Source: Oscillospiraceae bacterium
GTDB lineage: Bacteria; Bacillota; Clostridia; Oscillospirales; CAG-272
Assembly (NCBI GenBank): GCA_015063795.1
Contig: SVTL01000003.1
Coordinates: forward strand, 29,328 to 93,327
Direction of reading: 5' to 3'
Length of the DNA: 64,000 nucleotides
Shown: positions 31,023 through 40,332 of the stretch, in pieces
Numbering within the stretch: position 1 is the first letter of the stretch
How the letters are laid out: each line of letters begins with the position of its first letter
Notes under the pieces: generated by a model
Told to the model about the DNA's origin: nothing
The model's database searches: none
Seen by the model: only the letters and a program-made list of their open reading frames with translations
Position numbers and translations under genes: made by a program

Positions 31023-32978
31023 TTACTCCAGCTCAAACGCGCCGGTGTAGAGGCGGTAGTAGGTGCCCTTTTCGGCGATCAGCTTTTCGTGGTTGCCGCG
31101 CTCAATGATGCGTCCGTGGTCAAGGACCATGATCACATCCGAGTTCATGACCGTGGACAGGCGGTGGGCGATGACGAAGACCGTCCGCCCTTCCATCAGC
31201 TTATCCATACCGCGGGAGACGATGGCCTCGGTACGGGTGTCGATGGAGGAGGTGGCCTCGTCTAAGATCATGACGGGGGGATCGGCGACGGCCGCGCGCG
31301 CGATGGCGATCAGCTGACGCTGTCCCTGCGAGAGATTGGCGCCGTTGCCGGTGAGCATGGTACGGTAGCCCTCGGGCAGACGGGTGATGAAGTCGTCCGC
31401 GCCCGCAAGCTTGGCGGCCTGACGGCACTCCTCGTCGGTCGCATCCAACCGTCCGTAGCGGATGTTTTCCAACACCGTGCCGGTGAAGAGGTTGGTGTCC
31501 TGCAGAACGATGCCCAAAGAGCGGCGCAGGTCGGCCTTTTTGATCTTGTTGATGTTGATGCCGTCGTAGCGGATCTTGCCGTCGGCGATGTCGTAGAAGC
31601 GGTTGATCAGGTTGGTGATGGTGGTCTTGCCCGCGCCGGTGGCGCCCACAAAAGCGACCTTCTGTCCCGGCTCGGCGTAAACGCTCACATCGTGGAGGAT
31701 CTGCTTTTCGCCGTCATAGGAGAAATCCACCTCGCTCAGACGCACGTCGCCGCGCAGGAGGGTGTAGGTGGTCGTGCCGTCGCCGTGGGGATGCTTCCAC
31801 GCCCACACGCCGGTGCGCTTTTCGCTTTCCTTCACCTGACCGTTTTCGTCCACGGTGGCGTTGACCAGCGTCACATAGCCCTCGTCGGTCTCGGCGGGCT
31901 GATCCATCAGCTCAAAGATACGGCTGGCACCGGCCAGAGCCATGACGATGGAGTTGAACTGCTGGGAGAGGGTGTTGATGTTGCCGGTGAACTGCTTGGT
32001 CATGTTGAGGAAGGGGATGACGATGCTGATGGAGAGCGCCTTGCCCGACAGGCTCAGGTTGGGAACGCCGGCCAGCAGCAGCCAGCCGCCCAAAAGAGCG
32101 ATGAGCACATAAAGCAGGTTGCCGATGTTCATGATGATCGGTCCCATGGTGTTGGCGTAGGCGTGAGCGCGGTAGCTGTCCTCGTAGAGGGCGTTGTTGA
32201 TCTGCTCAAAGGCAGCCTTGCTCTCCTCCTCGTGGCAGAAGACCTTGACCACCTTCTGACCGCTCATCATCTCCTGCACAAAGCCCTCGTTTTTGCCCAT
32301 GGCCTTCTGCTGGCGGATGAAGTATTTGGCGCTTCCGCCGCCGATCTTACGGGAGACGGCAAACATGAAGCAGACGCCGACCAGCACCAGCAGCGTGAGC
32401 CAGACGCTGTAATAGAGCATGATGGAGAGGACAACGAGCACGATGGTGCCCGACTGGATGAGAGAGGGGAGCGACTGAGAGACCAGCTGACGGAGGGTGT
32501 CGATGTCGTTGGTGTAGTGGCTCATGATGTCGCCGTGGCGGTGGGTATCGAAGTAGCGGATGGGGAGGTTCTGCATGGTGTCAAACATCTTGCGGCGGAA
32601 TTTGCAGAGGAAGCCCTGGGTGATGTAGGCCATCAGCTGGGTGTAAGCGAATGTGGAGGAGAGGGAGAGCACATACAGCACGACCAGTCCGCCGATGAGG
32701 GGGAAGATCTCGGCCTTGGCCGAAGCCCAGTCGCCGCTGACCACCCATTTTTCGATGATCTCCACGATCCGCTGCGTGTAGGTGGCGGGGATGGCGGAGA
32801 CGATTGCGGAAAAGAGGATGCAGAGGCAGGTGAGCGGAAGCAGAACGGGGTAGGAGGCAAAGAGCAGCTTGATTGTGCGCTTCATCGTTCCTTTTTTTGC
32901 CTTCGGACGGGGCGGTCTGCTGCCGGGGGTGCCGGTTTTGGGCAGATCGGTCTGCGCCGGCTTGTTGTTCTTATTCAT
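31023..32978 (-). CDS. ABC exporter, fused TMD-NBD half-transporter (heterodimer subunit B)
   Basis: 652 aa from ATG 32978, which overlaps the upstream stop by 8 nt. Six TM helices, then GATGAGKTT (Walker A), LSQGQRQLIAIARA (signature) and ILDEATSSID (Walker B). Confidence 0.88.
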   Translation of the reverse strand: MNKNNKPAQTDLPKTGTPGSRPPRPKAKKGTMKRTIKLLFASYPVLLPLTCLCILFSAIVSAIPATYTQRIVEIIEKWVVSGDWASAKAEIFPLIGGLVVLYVLSLSSTFAYTQLMAYITQGFLCKFRRKMFDTMQNLPIRYFDTHRHGDIMSHYTNDIDTLRQLVSQSLPSLIQSGTIVLVVLSIMLYYSVWLTLLVLVGVCFMFAVSRKIGGGSAKYFIRQQKAMGKNEGFVQEMMSGQKVVKVFCHEEESKAAFEQINNALYEDSYRAHAYANTMGPIIMNIGNLLYVLIALLGGWLLLAGVPNLSLSGKALSISIVIPFLNMTKQFTGNINTLSQQFNSIVMALAGASRIFELMDQPAETDEGYVTLVNATVDENGQVKESEKRTGVWAWKHPHGDGTTTYTLLRGDVRLSEVDFSYDGEKQILHDVSVYAEPGQKVAFVGATGAGKTTITNLINRFYDIADGKIRYDGININKIKKADLRRSLGIVLQDTNLFTGTVLENIRYGRLDATDEECRQAAKLAGADDFITRLPEGYRTMLTGNGANLSQGQRQLIAIARAAVADPPVMILDEATSSIDTRTEAIVSRGMDKLMEGRTVFVIAHRLSTVMNSDVIMVLDHGRIIERGNHEKLIAEKGTYYRLYTGAFELE

Positions 32979-34713
32979 CGTCGGCCCCTCCCTTCGTTTG
33001 CTGGATGTAGACCTCGCGGTAGATGTCGCTGGTCTGAAGAAGCTCGTCGTGCTTGCCGATGGCGGAAATGCGTCCGTTGTCGAGGACCACGATCTTGTCC
33101 GCATGCTCCACCGAGGCGATGCGCTGTGCGATGATGATCTTGGTGGTGGAGGGGATGAATTCGGCAAAGCCCTTGCGGATGAGGGCATCGGTCTTGGTGT
33201 CCACGGCGGAGGTGGAGTCGTCGAGGATGAGGATCTTCGGCTTTTTCAGCAGGGCGCGGGCGATGCAGAGACGCTGCTTCTGTCCGCCGGAGACGTTGGT
33301 GCCTCCCTGCTCGATCATGGTGTCATAGCCGTCGGGGAAGGCGCGCACGAATTCGTCGGCCTGGGCGAGGCGGCAGGCTTCGGCGATCTCCTCATCGGTG
33401 GCATCCTTGTTACCCCAGCGGAGGTTGTCTTTCACCGTGCCCGAGAAGAGGACGTTTTTCTGCAGCACCACGGCCACCGCATTGCGCAGAGCGGTCAGGT
33501 CGTATTCGCGCACATCCCGTCCGCCCACGGAGACCTGTCCAACGGTGGTGTCATACAAGCGGGGGATCAGCTGGATGAGCGTGGACTTGCTCGAGCCGGT
33601 ACCGCCGATGATGCCCACCGTCTCGCCGCTTTCGATGAACAGATCGATGTCCTCAAGAGCGTATTTTTCGGCGTCGGCGGCGTATTTGAAGCTGACATCG
33701 CGGAATTCGATGCTGCCGTCGGACACCTCAAAGATCGGGTTTGCGGGATTTTTCAGCGCCGATTCCTCGTCGAGCACCTCGTTGATGCGGCGGAGAGATT
33801 CGGCAGACATGGTGATCATCACATAGATCATGGAGAGCATCATCAGCGACATCAGCACCTGCACGCCGTAGGTGAGCATGGCCGACAGCTGACCGACGTC
33901 GATGGTGGTGCCGCGGTTGTTCACGATCAGGTAGGAGCCGATGAGCATGACGAAGACCATGTTGAAATAGAGGCAGAACTGCATCAGCGGCTGGTTAAAG
34001 GCAACGATGCGCTCGGCCTTGGTGAAGTCGCGGCGGATGCTTTCGGCGGCTGAGCCGAATTTTTCCTTTTCGTGCTCCTCGCGCACAAAGCCCTTGACCA
34101 CACGCATGGCCATCACGTTTTCCTCGATGGATTCGTTGAGCTTGTCATATTTGCGGAAGACGGCGCGGAAGGTGGGCATGGCCTTTTTGGCCACGGTCAG
34201 AAGACCGAACACCAGCACCGGAACGACCACCACAAACATCATTGCCAGCGGACCGCCCATGACAAAGGACATGATGATCGAGAAGAGCAGCATCAGCGGG
34301 CTTCTCACGGCGGTGCGGATGATCATCATAAACGACATCTGCACGTTGGCCACGTCGGTGGTCATGCGGGTGACCAGCGAAGCGGAGGAGAATTTGTCGA
34401 TGTTTTCAAAGGAAAAGTCCTGAACGCGGTCGAAAATGGCCTTCCGCAGATTTTTCGCAAAGCCGGAGGAGGCCTTGGCAGCGGTGAAGCCGGCCAGACC
34501 GCCAAAGCAAAGCGAAATGCAGGCCATCAGGAAGAGGATGCCGCCGTTTTTTGCAATTTCGGACAGGTCACAGCCGTCCTTGATGCGGTTGATCATGTTG
34601 GCGATGATGAAGGGGAGCAGGCATTCGATGACCACCTCTCCCACCATGAGCATCGGCGTGAGAATGGTGGGAAGCTTGTATTCCCCCACACATCGGGCGA
34701 GTCGTTTGAGCAT
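32971..34713 (-). CDS. ABC exporter, fused TMD-NBD half-transporter (heterodimer subunit A)
   Basis: GGTGSSKST, VSGGQKQRLCIARAL, ILDDSTSAVD. ATG 34713 (MLKRLARCV) is downstream of ggagg; the ORF opens at TTG 34740. Confidence 0.88.
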   Translation of the reverse strand: MLKRLARCVGEYKLPTILTPMLMVGEVVIECLLPFIIANMINRIKDGCDLSEIAKNGGILFLMACISLCFGGLAGFTAAKASSGFAKNLRKAIFDRVQDFSFENIDKFSSASLVTRMTTDVANVQMSFMMIIRTAVRSPLMLLFSIIMSFVMGGPLAMMFVVVVPVLVFGLLTVAKKAMPTFRAVFRKYDKLNESIEENVMAMRVVKGFVREEHEKEKFGSAAESIRRDFTKAERIVAFNQPLMQFCLYFNMVFVMLIGSYLIVNNRGTTIDVGQLSAMLTYGVQVLMSLMMLSMIYVMITMSAESLRRINEVLDEESALKNPANPIFEVSDGSIEFRDVSFKYAADAEKYALEDIDLFIESGETVGIIGGTGSSKSTLIQLIPRLYDTTVGQVSVGGRDVREYDLTALRNAVAVVLQKNVLFSGTVKDNLRWGNKDATDEEIAEACRLAQADEFVRAFPDGYDTMIEQGGTNVSGGQKQRLCIARALLKKPKILILDDSTSAVDTKTDALIRKGFAEFIPSTTKIIIAQRIASVEHADKIVVLDNGRISAIGKHDELLQTSDIYREVYIQQTKGGADDE

Positions 34714-34819
34714 AGGGTTGATGATTCCTCCTTGGATCAAAGTAAGCGCGGAAAGACCAAAGCGGATGAAGGCATAAAATCAGTCGGAAAACAGGGCCTT
34801 TTTCGCGAGCATATCTTAC

Positions 34820-34848
34820 ATGATACAGAAATTTTTCCCTTTTTGCAA
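34820..34848 (-). promoter_or_regulatory. promoter of the ABC exporter pair
   Basis: Minus strand TTGCAA (34843-34848), 17 nt, TATCAT (plus 34820-34825). Confidence 0.5.
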
Positions 34849-34890
34849 CCGTCGTTTGTGACCATTGTGTAAAAATTGGAAGCGGAGGAC

Positions 34891-35101
34891 GAAGCGGTCA
34901 AAAAAAGAAGGGTCAAGCGGTGAAGCCTGATCTTTCTCAGGAGAAAAAGCCCGATGGTTTTTATTTGTGGAAGGCGGCCTCAAAGCCTCCCCTTTTTAAA
35001 GGAGAGGTGGCACGCGAAGCGGTCAAAAAAAGAAAGGTCAAGCGGTGAAGCCCGACCTTTCTCATGAAAAGAATCCGATTGGTTTTTATTTGAGGATGGC
35101 C
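34891..35101. repeat. direct duplication (period 125 bp) of the tyrS 3' end plus terminator
   Basis: 34891-34979 and 35016-35101 align over about 88 bp with a handful of mismatches. Copy 2 holds the real tyrS stop and an intact hairpin; the copy 1 hairpin has 2 mismatches. Confidence 0.9.
35024..35062 (-). terminator. Rho-independent terminator of tyrS
   Basis: Minus strand agaaaggtc-gggcttcaccgcttg-acctttct followed by ttttttt. Confidence 0.75.
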
Positions 35102-36321
35102 TTGTGGAAGATCTTCTTGCCCTTACGGATCTTCACGCCTTCCTTCAGCTGATCGGCGGTGAAGGTCTTGTCGAGGGAGTCCACCTTTTCGCCGTCGGCG
35201 GACACACCGCCCTGCTGCACGAGACGGCGGGCCTCACCCTTGGAGGGAGCGAGAGCGCAGGCGACAAGCAGATCGACGATGCCGATGCCGTTTTCGGGCA
35301 CGATGGCAGGATCGATCTCGGTGGAGGGCATGTTGGCGTCGTCGCCGCTGCCCGAGAAGAGGGAGAGCGAGATCTCCTTGGCCTTCCTGGCCTCCTCCTC
35401 GCCGTGGACGAGCGCGGTCAGCTCATAAGCGAGAAGCTCCTTCTTTTCGTTGATGCGGCTGTCCTCCCACTGCTCGATCTCGGCGATCTGCTCCATGGGG
35501 ATGAAGGTCAGCATCTTGATGCACTTCATCACGTCGGCATCGTTGACGTTGCGCCAGTACTGATAGAATTCAAAGGGCGTGGTCTTGTTGGGATCAAGCC
35601 AGACAGCACCGTTGGCCGTCTTGCCCATCTTCTTGCCCTCGCTGTTGAGCAGGAGGGTGATGGTCATCGCGTGCGCGTCGTGACCGGTCTTGCGGCGGAT
35701 CAGCTCGGTGCCGCCCAGCATGTTCGACCACTGGTCATCGCCGCCGAACTGCATGTTGCAGCCGTAGTGGTTGTGCAGGTAGTAGAAGTCGTAGGACTGC
35801 ATGATCATGTAGTTGAATTCGAGGAAGGAGAGACCGTGCTCCATGCGCTGCTTGTAGCATTCGGCCCGGAGCATGTTGTTCACCGAGAAGCAGGCGCCCA
35901 CCTCGCGGAGGAGCTCAACGTAATTGAGCTTGAGCAGCCAGTCGGCGTTGTTGACCATGATGGCCTTGCCCTCGCCGAATTCGATGAAGCGTTCCATCTG
36001 CTTTTTGAAGCAGTCGCAGTTGTGCTGGATCATTTCGGAGGTCATCATCGTGCGCATGTCGGAGCGTCCGGAGGGGTCGCCGATGTGACCGGTGCCGCCG
36101 CCGATGAGCACGACGGGGGTGTTGCCTGCCTTCTGCAGACGGCGCATGAGACAGAGCGCCATAAAGTGACCGACGTGAAGCGAGTCGGCGGTGGGGTCGA
36201 AGCCGATGTAGAATTTGGCGCCGCCCTTGTTGACCAGGTCGCGGATCTCGGGCTCGTTGGTGACCTGTGCGATCAGACCGCGGGCCTGAAGTTCTTCGTA
36301 AATACCCATAGTTGTTTTCAT
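35086..36321 (-). CDS. tyrS: tyrosine--tRNA ligase
   Basis: HIGH-type LHVGHF, GGGTGHIGDPSGRS, KMSKS-type KMGKT and a C-terminal S4 domain GEARRLVQQGGV. Confidence 0.95.
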   Translation of the reverse strand: MKTTMGIYEELQARGLIAQVTNEPEIRDLVNKGGAKFYIGFDPTADSLHVGHFMALCLMRRLQKAGNTPVVLIGGGTGHIGDPSGRSDMRTMMTSEMIQHNCDCFKKQMERFIEFGEGKAIMVNNADWLLKLNYVELLREVGACFSVNNMLRAECYKQRMEHGLSFLEFNYMIMQSYDFYYLHNHYGCNMQFGGDDQWSNMLGGTELIRRKTGHDAHAMTITLLLNSEGKKMGKTANGAVWLDPNKTTPFEFYQYWRNVNDADVMKCIKMLTFIPMEQIAEIEQWEDSRINEKKELLAYELTALVHGEEEARKAKEISLSLFSGSGDDANMPSTEIDPAIVPENGIGIVDLLVACALAPSKGEARRLVQQGGVSADGEKVDSLDKTFTADQLKEGVKIRKGKKIFHKAILK

Positions 36322-36364
36322 ACCTTTCTATGATTGCGATAAAATGTTTGACGTTTTTTTAAGG

Positions 36365-36706
36365 GAGAAAAACAAAAAACGCCCCGTCCCCCGTGTGCGG
36401 GACAGAGGGCGAATGAGCGCGGTACCACCTCTGGTTCGGAGCGCTTTTCGATCCTCCTTGCGCAAAAAAGAACCGCAAAAAAGGACAGGACAAAAAAGCT
36501 CCCTTGTCTGCGCGCTATCGGGCGCACCCGTCTCTCCCTACGTTTCCGAGGCACCGCTTTTACGGTGCGCACGGTTTTTTCGGAAGAGCCGCTCCCGAAG
36601 GTAATTTCAACAGCGGCGCCCCTGCATCCGTTCCACCAATCGGACGCTCTCTGTGAGCGGGCAGATCGCGTTTACTGTCTTCGTTCTCCGCGTTTTTGTC
36701 TTTCTT
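36365..36706 (-). promoter_or_regulatory. T-box leader (tyrosine) of tyrS, including its terminator (36372-36412)
   Basis: Minus strand AGAGAG box, GGUGGAAC distal-loop-like segment, gaaaUUACC with a UAC (Tyr) codon at the specifier position, T-box AGAGGUGGUACCGCGCU. Then terminator cgcccucugucccgcacacgggggacggggcg + UUUUUU. Confidence 0.85.
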
Positions 36707-36712
36707 TTTTTC

Positions 36713-36741
36713 AGTATAGCCGATTTTTCCTGAAATGTCAA
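36713..36741 (-). promoter_or_regulatory. promoter of the tyrS T-box leader
   Basis: Minus strand TTGACA (plus 36736-36741), 17 nt, TATACT (plus 36713-36718), starting 4 nt after the TSCPD gene stop. Confidence 0.65.
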
Positions 36742-36744
36742 GGC

Positions 36745-37023
36745 TTATTTTTCACAAGGCGCGCTTTGACCGTTCGCGTCGTCCATGGCTTTTTTGACAG
36801 CCCTTGCCAGCTGGTCGGCGCAGGAGGTGGGGCGGAAGCCGCAGGTGTTGCCCGACAAAAGCTCAACCAGCTGCTGCGCCTCCATGCCTTCGGTCAGCTT
36901 GCCGATGGCCTTCAGATTGCCGTTGCAGCCGCCGGCGAATTCCACGCCGTATACACGTCCGTCCTCCAGACGGAAGCGGATGGCCGAGGAGCAGGTGCCG
37001 CTTGTTTTGTAAAAGTGTTCCAT
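36745..37023 (-). CDS. TSCPD-domain protein (TIGR03905-like, four Cys)
   Basis: 92 aa. MEHFYKTSGTCSSAIRFRLEDGRVYGVEFAGGCNGNLKAIGKLTEGM...GNTCGFRPTSCADQLARA. RBS ggaggga; the ORF opens at 37275. Confidence 0.8.
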   Translation of the reverse strand: MEHFYKTSGTCSSAIRFRLEDGRVYGVEFAGGCNGNLKAIGKLTEGMEAQQLVELLSGNTCGFRPTSCADQLARAVKKAMDDANGQSAPCEK

Positions 37024-37180
37024 ATTGAGTCCCTCCGGGTGCATGATCGAGCCTGCGGATCGGACGGATCGAGCGTTGCTTGTCCGAAAAAAGCCTTGGG
37101 CGAGGAAGCGTTTGCTGCCTCCTTTTGACCAATCGCTTGGCTCATAACCGTTTTTTGCTTTTTCACGGTTGTTTTTTTCT

Positions 37181-37209
37181 ATTATACTTCCTTTTTCTCG
37201 GTTTGTAAA
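37181..37209 (-). promoter_or_regulatory. probable promoter of the TSCPD gene
   Basis: Minus strand TTTACA (plus 37204-37209), 17 nt, TATAAT (plus 37181-37186). Implies a leader of about 150 nt. Confidence 0.5.
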
Positions 37210-37323
37210 GAGGGAAGACGGTTCTTTTCGGCGCAAGGCGGATTTCGCACCTCTCAAACAGCGAAGATCAAACAAAATCGTCTTTTTAACGAAAAAAGAA
37301 CTTGAATTTTGTATATTTTACCA

Positions 37324-37352
37324 TAGCCAACGCCGTTTGCTTGTGCTATAAT
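37324..37352 (+). promoter_or_regulatory. possible promoter of the AEC transporter gene
   Basis: TGc-TATAAT (37347-37352) extended -10 with a weak -35, tagcca. Confidence 0.4.
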
Positions 37353-37373
37353 GATACAAACGGAGGTAATGGA

Positions 37374-38270
37374 ATGGGCGTTTTGTTTGAACAGCTGGCG
37401 ATCTTGTTCGCCTTCATGCTGGTCGGTTTTTTCTTCGGCAAAAAGGGATGGATCGAAAGCAAGCACTCCAAGATCTTCTCGGAGGCGGCTTTTTATCTCT
37501 TCCTGCCCGCCACGGTGTTCAAGGCCTTTTACACCAATTTCAACCGCGAGTATCTGCGGCAGTATTATCCGATGATCCTGCTCTCAACGGGCGTTTTGCT
37601 GTTTCTGATCCTCTTTGCCTATCTGGTGGCGAAGCTGTTTGCGAAGGATGGCTATGAAAACCGCGTCTACCGCTATTCGCTGATCATCCCCAACTATGCG
37701 TATATGGGGTATCCGCTGGCGGAAAGCCTGTATGGCTCGCTGGGGCTTTTGCATATGGTGATCTTCGGCTTGCCCATGTCGGTGTATATCAACAGCTTCG
37801 GCTACTGTATGCTGACCAAGCAGAAGCTGTCGCTGAAGCGGGTGATCAACCCCACTCTGATCGCGATGCTTGTCGGAGCGGTCTTTGGTCTGTTGGAGAT
37901 CCCGCTGCCGAACGTCGCCATGACCTTTGTGAAAACGGCGTCGGGCTGTATGTCCCCCATCTGTATGCTGCTGACCGGTCTTTCTCTGGCAGAATTCCGC
38001 TTGAAGGATATGTTCAGCGATGCGAAGGCTTACGGCGTGGCGCTGATCCATCTGGCAGTGATCCCCGCGCTTCTGATGCTGACGCTCAAGCCCTTCTTCG
38101 ATGAGAGCATGGTGCGGGCGGCGATCTTGGTGTATGCGATGCCCTGCGGGATGAACCCCATCATCTTTGGTAAGCTGGTGGATGAGGATTATCACATCGG
38201 CGCACGGCTGGCGGTCGTCTCCTGCCTGCTGTCAGCGGTGACCATTCCGCTGTTTCTGTCGTTTTTGTAA
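37374..38270 (+). CDS. AEC (auxin efflux carrier) family transporter
   Basis: 298 aa from ATG 37374 (RBS ggaggt). About 10 TM helices with the typical MGVLFEQLAILFAFMLVGFFFGKKG start. Confidence 0.75.
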   Translation: MGVLFEQLAILFAFMLVGFFFGKKGWIESKHSKIFSEAAFYLFLPATVFKAFYTNFNREYLRQYYPMILLSTGVLLFLILFAYLVAKLFAKDGYENRVYRYSLIIPNYAYMGYPLAESLYGSLGLLHMVIFGLPMSVYINSFGYCMLTKQKLSLKRVINPTLIAMLVGAVFGLLEIPLPNVAMTFVKTASGCMSPICMLLTGLSLAEFRLKDMFSDAKAYGVALIHLAVIPALLMLTLKPFFDESMVRAAILVYAMPCGMNPIIFGKLVDEDYHIGARLAVVSCLLSAVTIPLFLSFL

Positions 38271-38313
38271 AAATCGATTACAAAGAAATCATGTTGTGAT
38301 ACGGGAGCTTTTT

Positions 38314-40332
38314 ATGCAGTACACACCTGTTTTTCGCCGCCTCGGAGTCGTTCTGCTGGCGGCGACTCTTTTTCTCTCTTCCTGTTCTCGTTTTCCCATC
38401 GATACGGGGGAAAAGGAAAACGCCTCCTCCTCGGCTTCGGACTGGATTGCGTATATGCTGGAGTCGCAGACCGATTTCCTCGGCTGTCGGATCGGAGGCG
38501 AGGATTTTTCTCTGCGTGCAGTCGAGCGGGAGGTGACGCAAAGCGAGACCGAGGCGGCGGATGTGTATGCCATCACCGAAACCGATACCGAAACCGGACT
38601 TCGCTTTGTCACGACGCTGACGGCGTTCCGTGCGCACGATGCGCTGGAGATTGTCAGCACAATCACCCATACGGGGCAGGATAAGTCCCCGGTTCTGTCC
38701 GAGCTGCGGGCGGCGGACATTCGGCTTCCCATCCCGGGACGGGAGGGCATTACGCTGAAGACTGCCCGCGGCTGCCTGGCGACGGGCGTGGACGACGATT
38801 ACGACTTCGGCGAGATAAGGCAGCCGATGGGAGTTGGCGGAACATACACCTACGCTCCCGAGGGCGGGCGAAGCTGTGACGGTGCCTGGCCTTACTTTGA
38901 CCTGGTCGGCTCGGAGGGCGGCGCTGTGGTGGCGGTCGGCTGGACGGGACAGTGGGAGGCGGCGTTCTCACCGGTTCCGGGCGGCGTCCGCCTGCAGGCG
39001 GGACAGCAGTATTTCAACTCTTATTTGCTGCCGGGGGAGTCGGTCACAACCCCAAGCGTGACGGTTCTTTTCTACCGCGGGTTTTCCGAAGAAGGACGAA
39101 ACGATTTCCGTCAGCTGGTTCTCGATGCCTATACCCCCGCCAACGTGAAGGACGAGTCCTTTCTCTTTCCTGTCAGTTTTGCCTTTGTCACGCCTTTTCG
39201 GAAAGAGGAGGCCATTCCGCGGGTAAAAAGCTTCAAGGAGGACGGCTATGATGACCTCTGCGCTTGGCTGGACGCGGGATGGTACGGCAACAACCCTCTC
39301 GACTGGAGCTCACAGGTGGGCAATTGGTATCCCAATCCCGAGACGTTCGGGGAAAACGGTATCCGCGAGCTGTCCGACACCGTCCATGATATGGGCTACC
39401 GTTTTATCCTCTGGTTTGAGCCCGAGCGGGCGCAGGCGAACAGCGAAGCGGCAAAGAATCGTTCGCTTTTCTACGAACACGAAGGATCGGGCGGTTTGCT
39501 TCTCCGGCTGGACACCGAGGAGGGGTATGAATGGATGTGGAATCTGCTGTCCGACGCCATAGAGAACTACGGCATGGACATCTACCGCCAGGATTTCAAC
39601 CTCCGTCCGCTGGAATACTGGAGTGAGCACGACGAGCCTGACCGCGTGGGGCTGTCGGAAAACCGATACATCAACAACCTTTACCGTCTGATGGATGCAC
39701 TGCTGGAAAAGCATCCTCATCTTGTCATCGACAACTGCGCCTCGGGCGGACGGAGACTGGACATCGCCATGATGAAGCGATGTATTTCGCTGTTCCGCAC
39801 CGACTATTCCTGCCTGCAGACCTGTGACCCGCAGGGCGTGCAGTACCATACGCAGAGTCTGCTGTCCTGGCTTCCGCTCCACGGCTCGGCCATCTGGGGG
39901 GATCAGCTGAACGATTTTTACACCTGCGTGAGCACCGTTTCTTCGGGCGTTGTGATTTCAAGCGGTAATCGTCTTGCCACCGACATGACGCTGGCACTGC
40001 AGCCATACTACCGCGGCGATTACTACAGCCTGCTGACGCCGACATATGATAACGTATCCCATCAGGCGTGGGAGCTTTACGATCCCGAAAAGGAGGAGGG
40101 CTTTGTTGTGGCTTTGGCCAGACCCAAGACCGAGGCAGGCAAGCTGACGCTGACGCTGAAGGGGCTGGATCCCGACAAAACCTATTCGCTGACGGTGTAC
40201 GATTCGTCTGTCCGCCTTGCCAAGGGAAGCGGAAAAGAACTGATGGAAGAAGGATTTTCGGTGCATCTTAAGCCGCGGGAAGCACAGCTTTTGATGATTC
40301 GGGCCGTCGAAGGGGAAGGTGAAGCGAAATGA
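38314..40332 (+). CDS. GH36-like alpha-galactosidase-family lipoprotein
   Basis: Lipobox LFLSSC. YRFILWFEPER, DIYRQDFN (KxDxN-like nucleophile region) and DNCASGGRRLD (CxSGGGR-like) resemble clan GH-D/GH36. Family call is by motif only. Confidence 0.6.
   Translation: MQYTPVFRRLGVVLLAATLFLSSCSRFPIDTGEKENASSSASDWIAYMLESQTDFLGCRIGGEDFSLRAVEREVTQSETEAADVYAITETDTETGLRFVTTLTAFRAHDALEIVSTITHTGQDKSPVLSELRAADIRLPIPGREGITLKTARGCLATGVDDDYDFGEIRQPMGVGGTYTYAPEGGRSCDGAWPYFDLVGSEGGAVVAVGWTGQWEAAFSPVPGGVRLQAGQQYFNSYLLPGESVTTPSVTVLFYRGFSEEGRNDFRQLVLDAYTPANVKDESFLFPVSFAFVTPFRKEEAIPRVKSFKEDGYDDLCAWLDAGWYGNNPLDWSSQVGNWYPNPETFGENGIRELSDTVHDMGYRFILWFEPERAQANSEAAKNRSLFYEHEGSGGLLLRLDTEEGYEWMWNLLSDAIENYGMDIYRQDFNLRPLEYWSEHDEPDRVGLSENRYINNLYRLMDALLEKHPHLVIDNCASGGRRLDIAMMKRCISLFRTDYSCLQTCDPQGVQYHTQSLLSWLPLHGSAIWGDQLNDFYTCVSTVSSGVVISSGNRLATDMTLALQPYYRGDYYSLLTPTYDNVSHQAWELYDPEKEEGFVVALARPKTEAGKLTLTLKGLDPDKTYSLTVYDSSVRLAKGSGKELMEEGFSVHLKPREAQLLMIRAVEGEGEAK

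Noticed and set aside
35104-36333. 409-aa plus-strand ORF opposite tyrS
   Set aside because: It is an antisense shadow. tyrS on the minus strand has HIGH and KMSKS motifs and a T-box leader.
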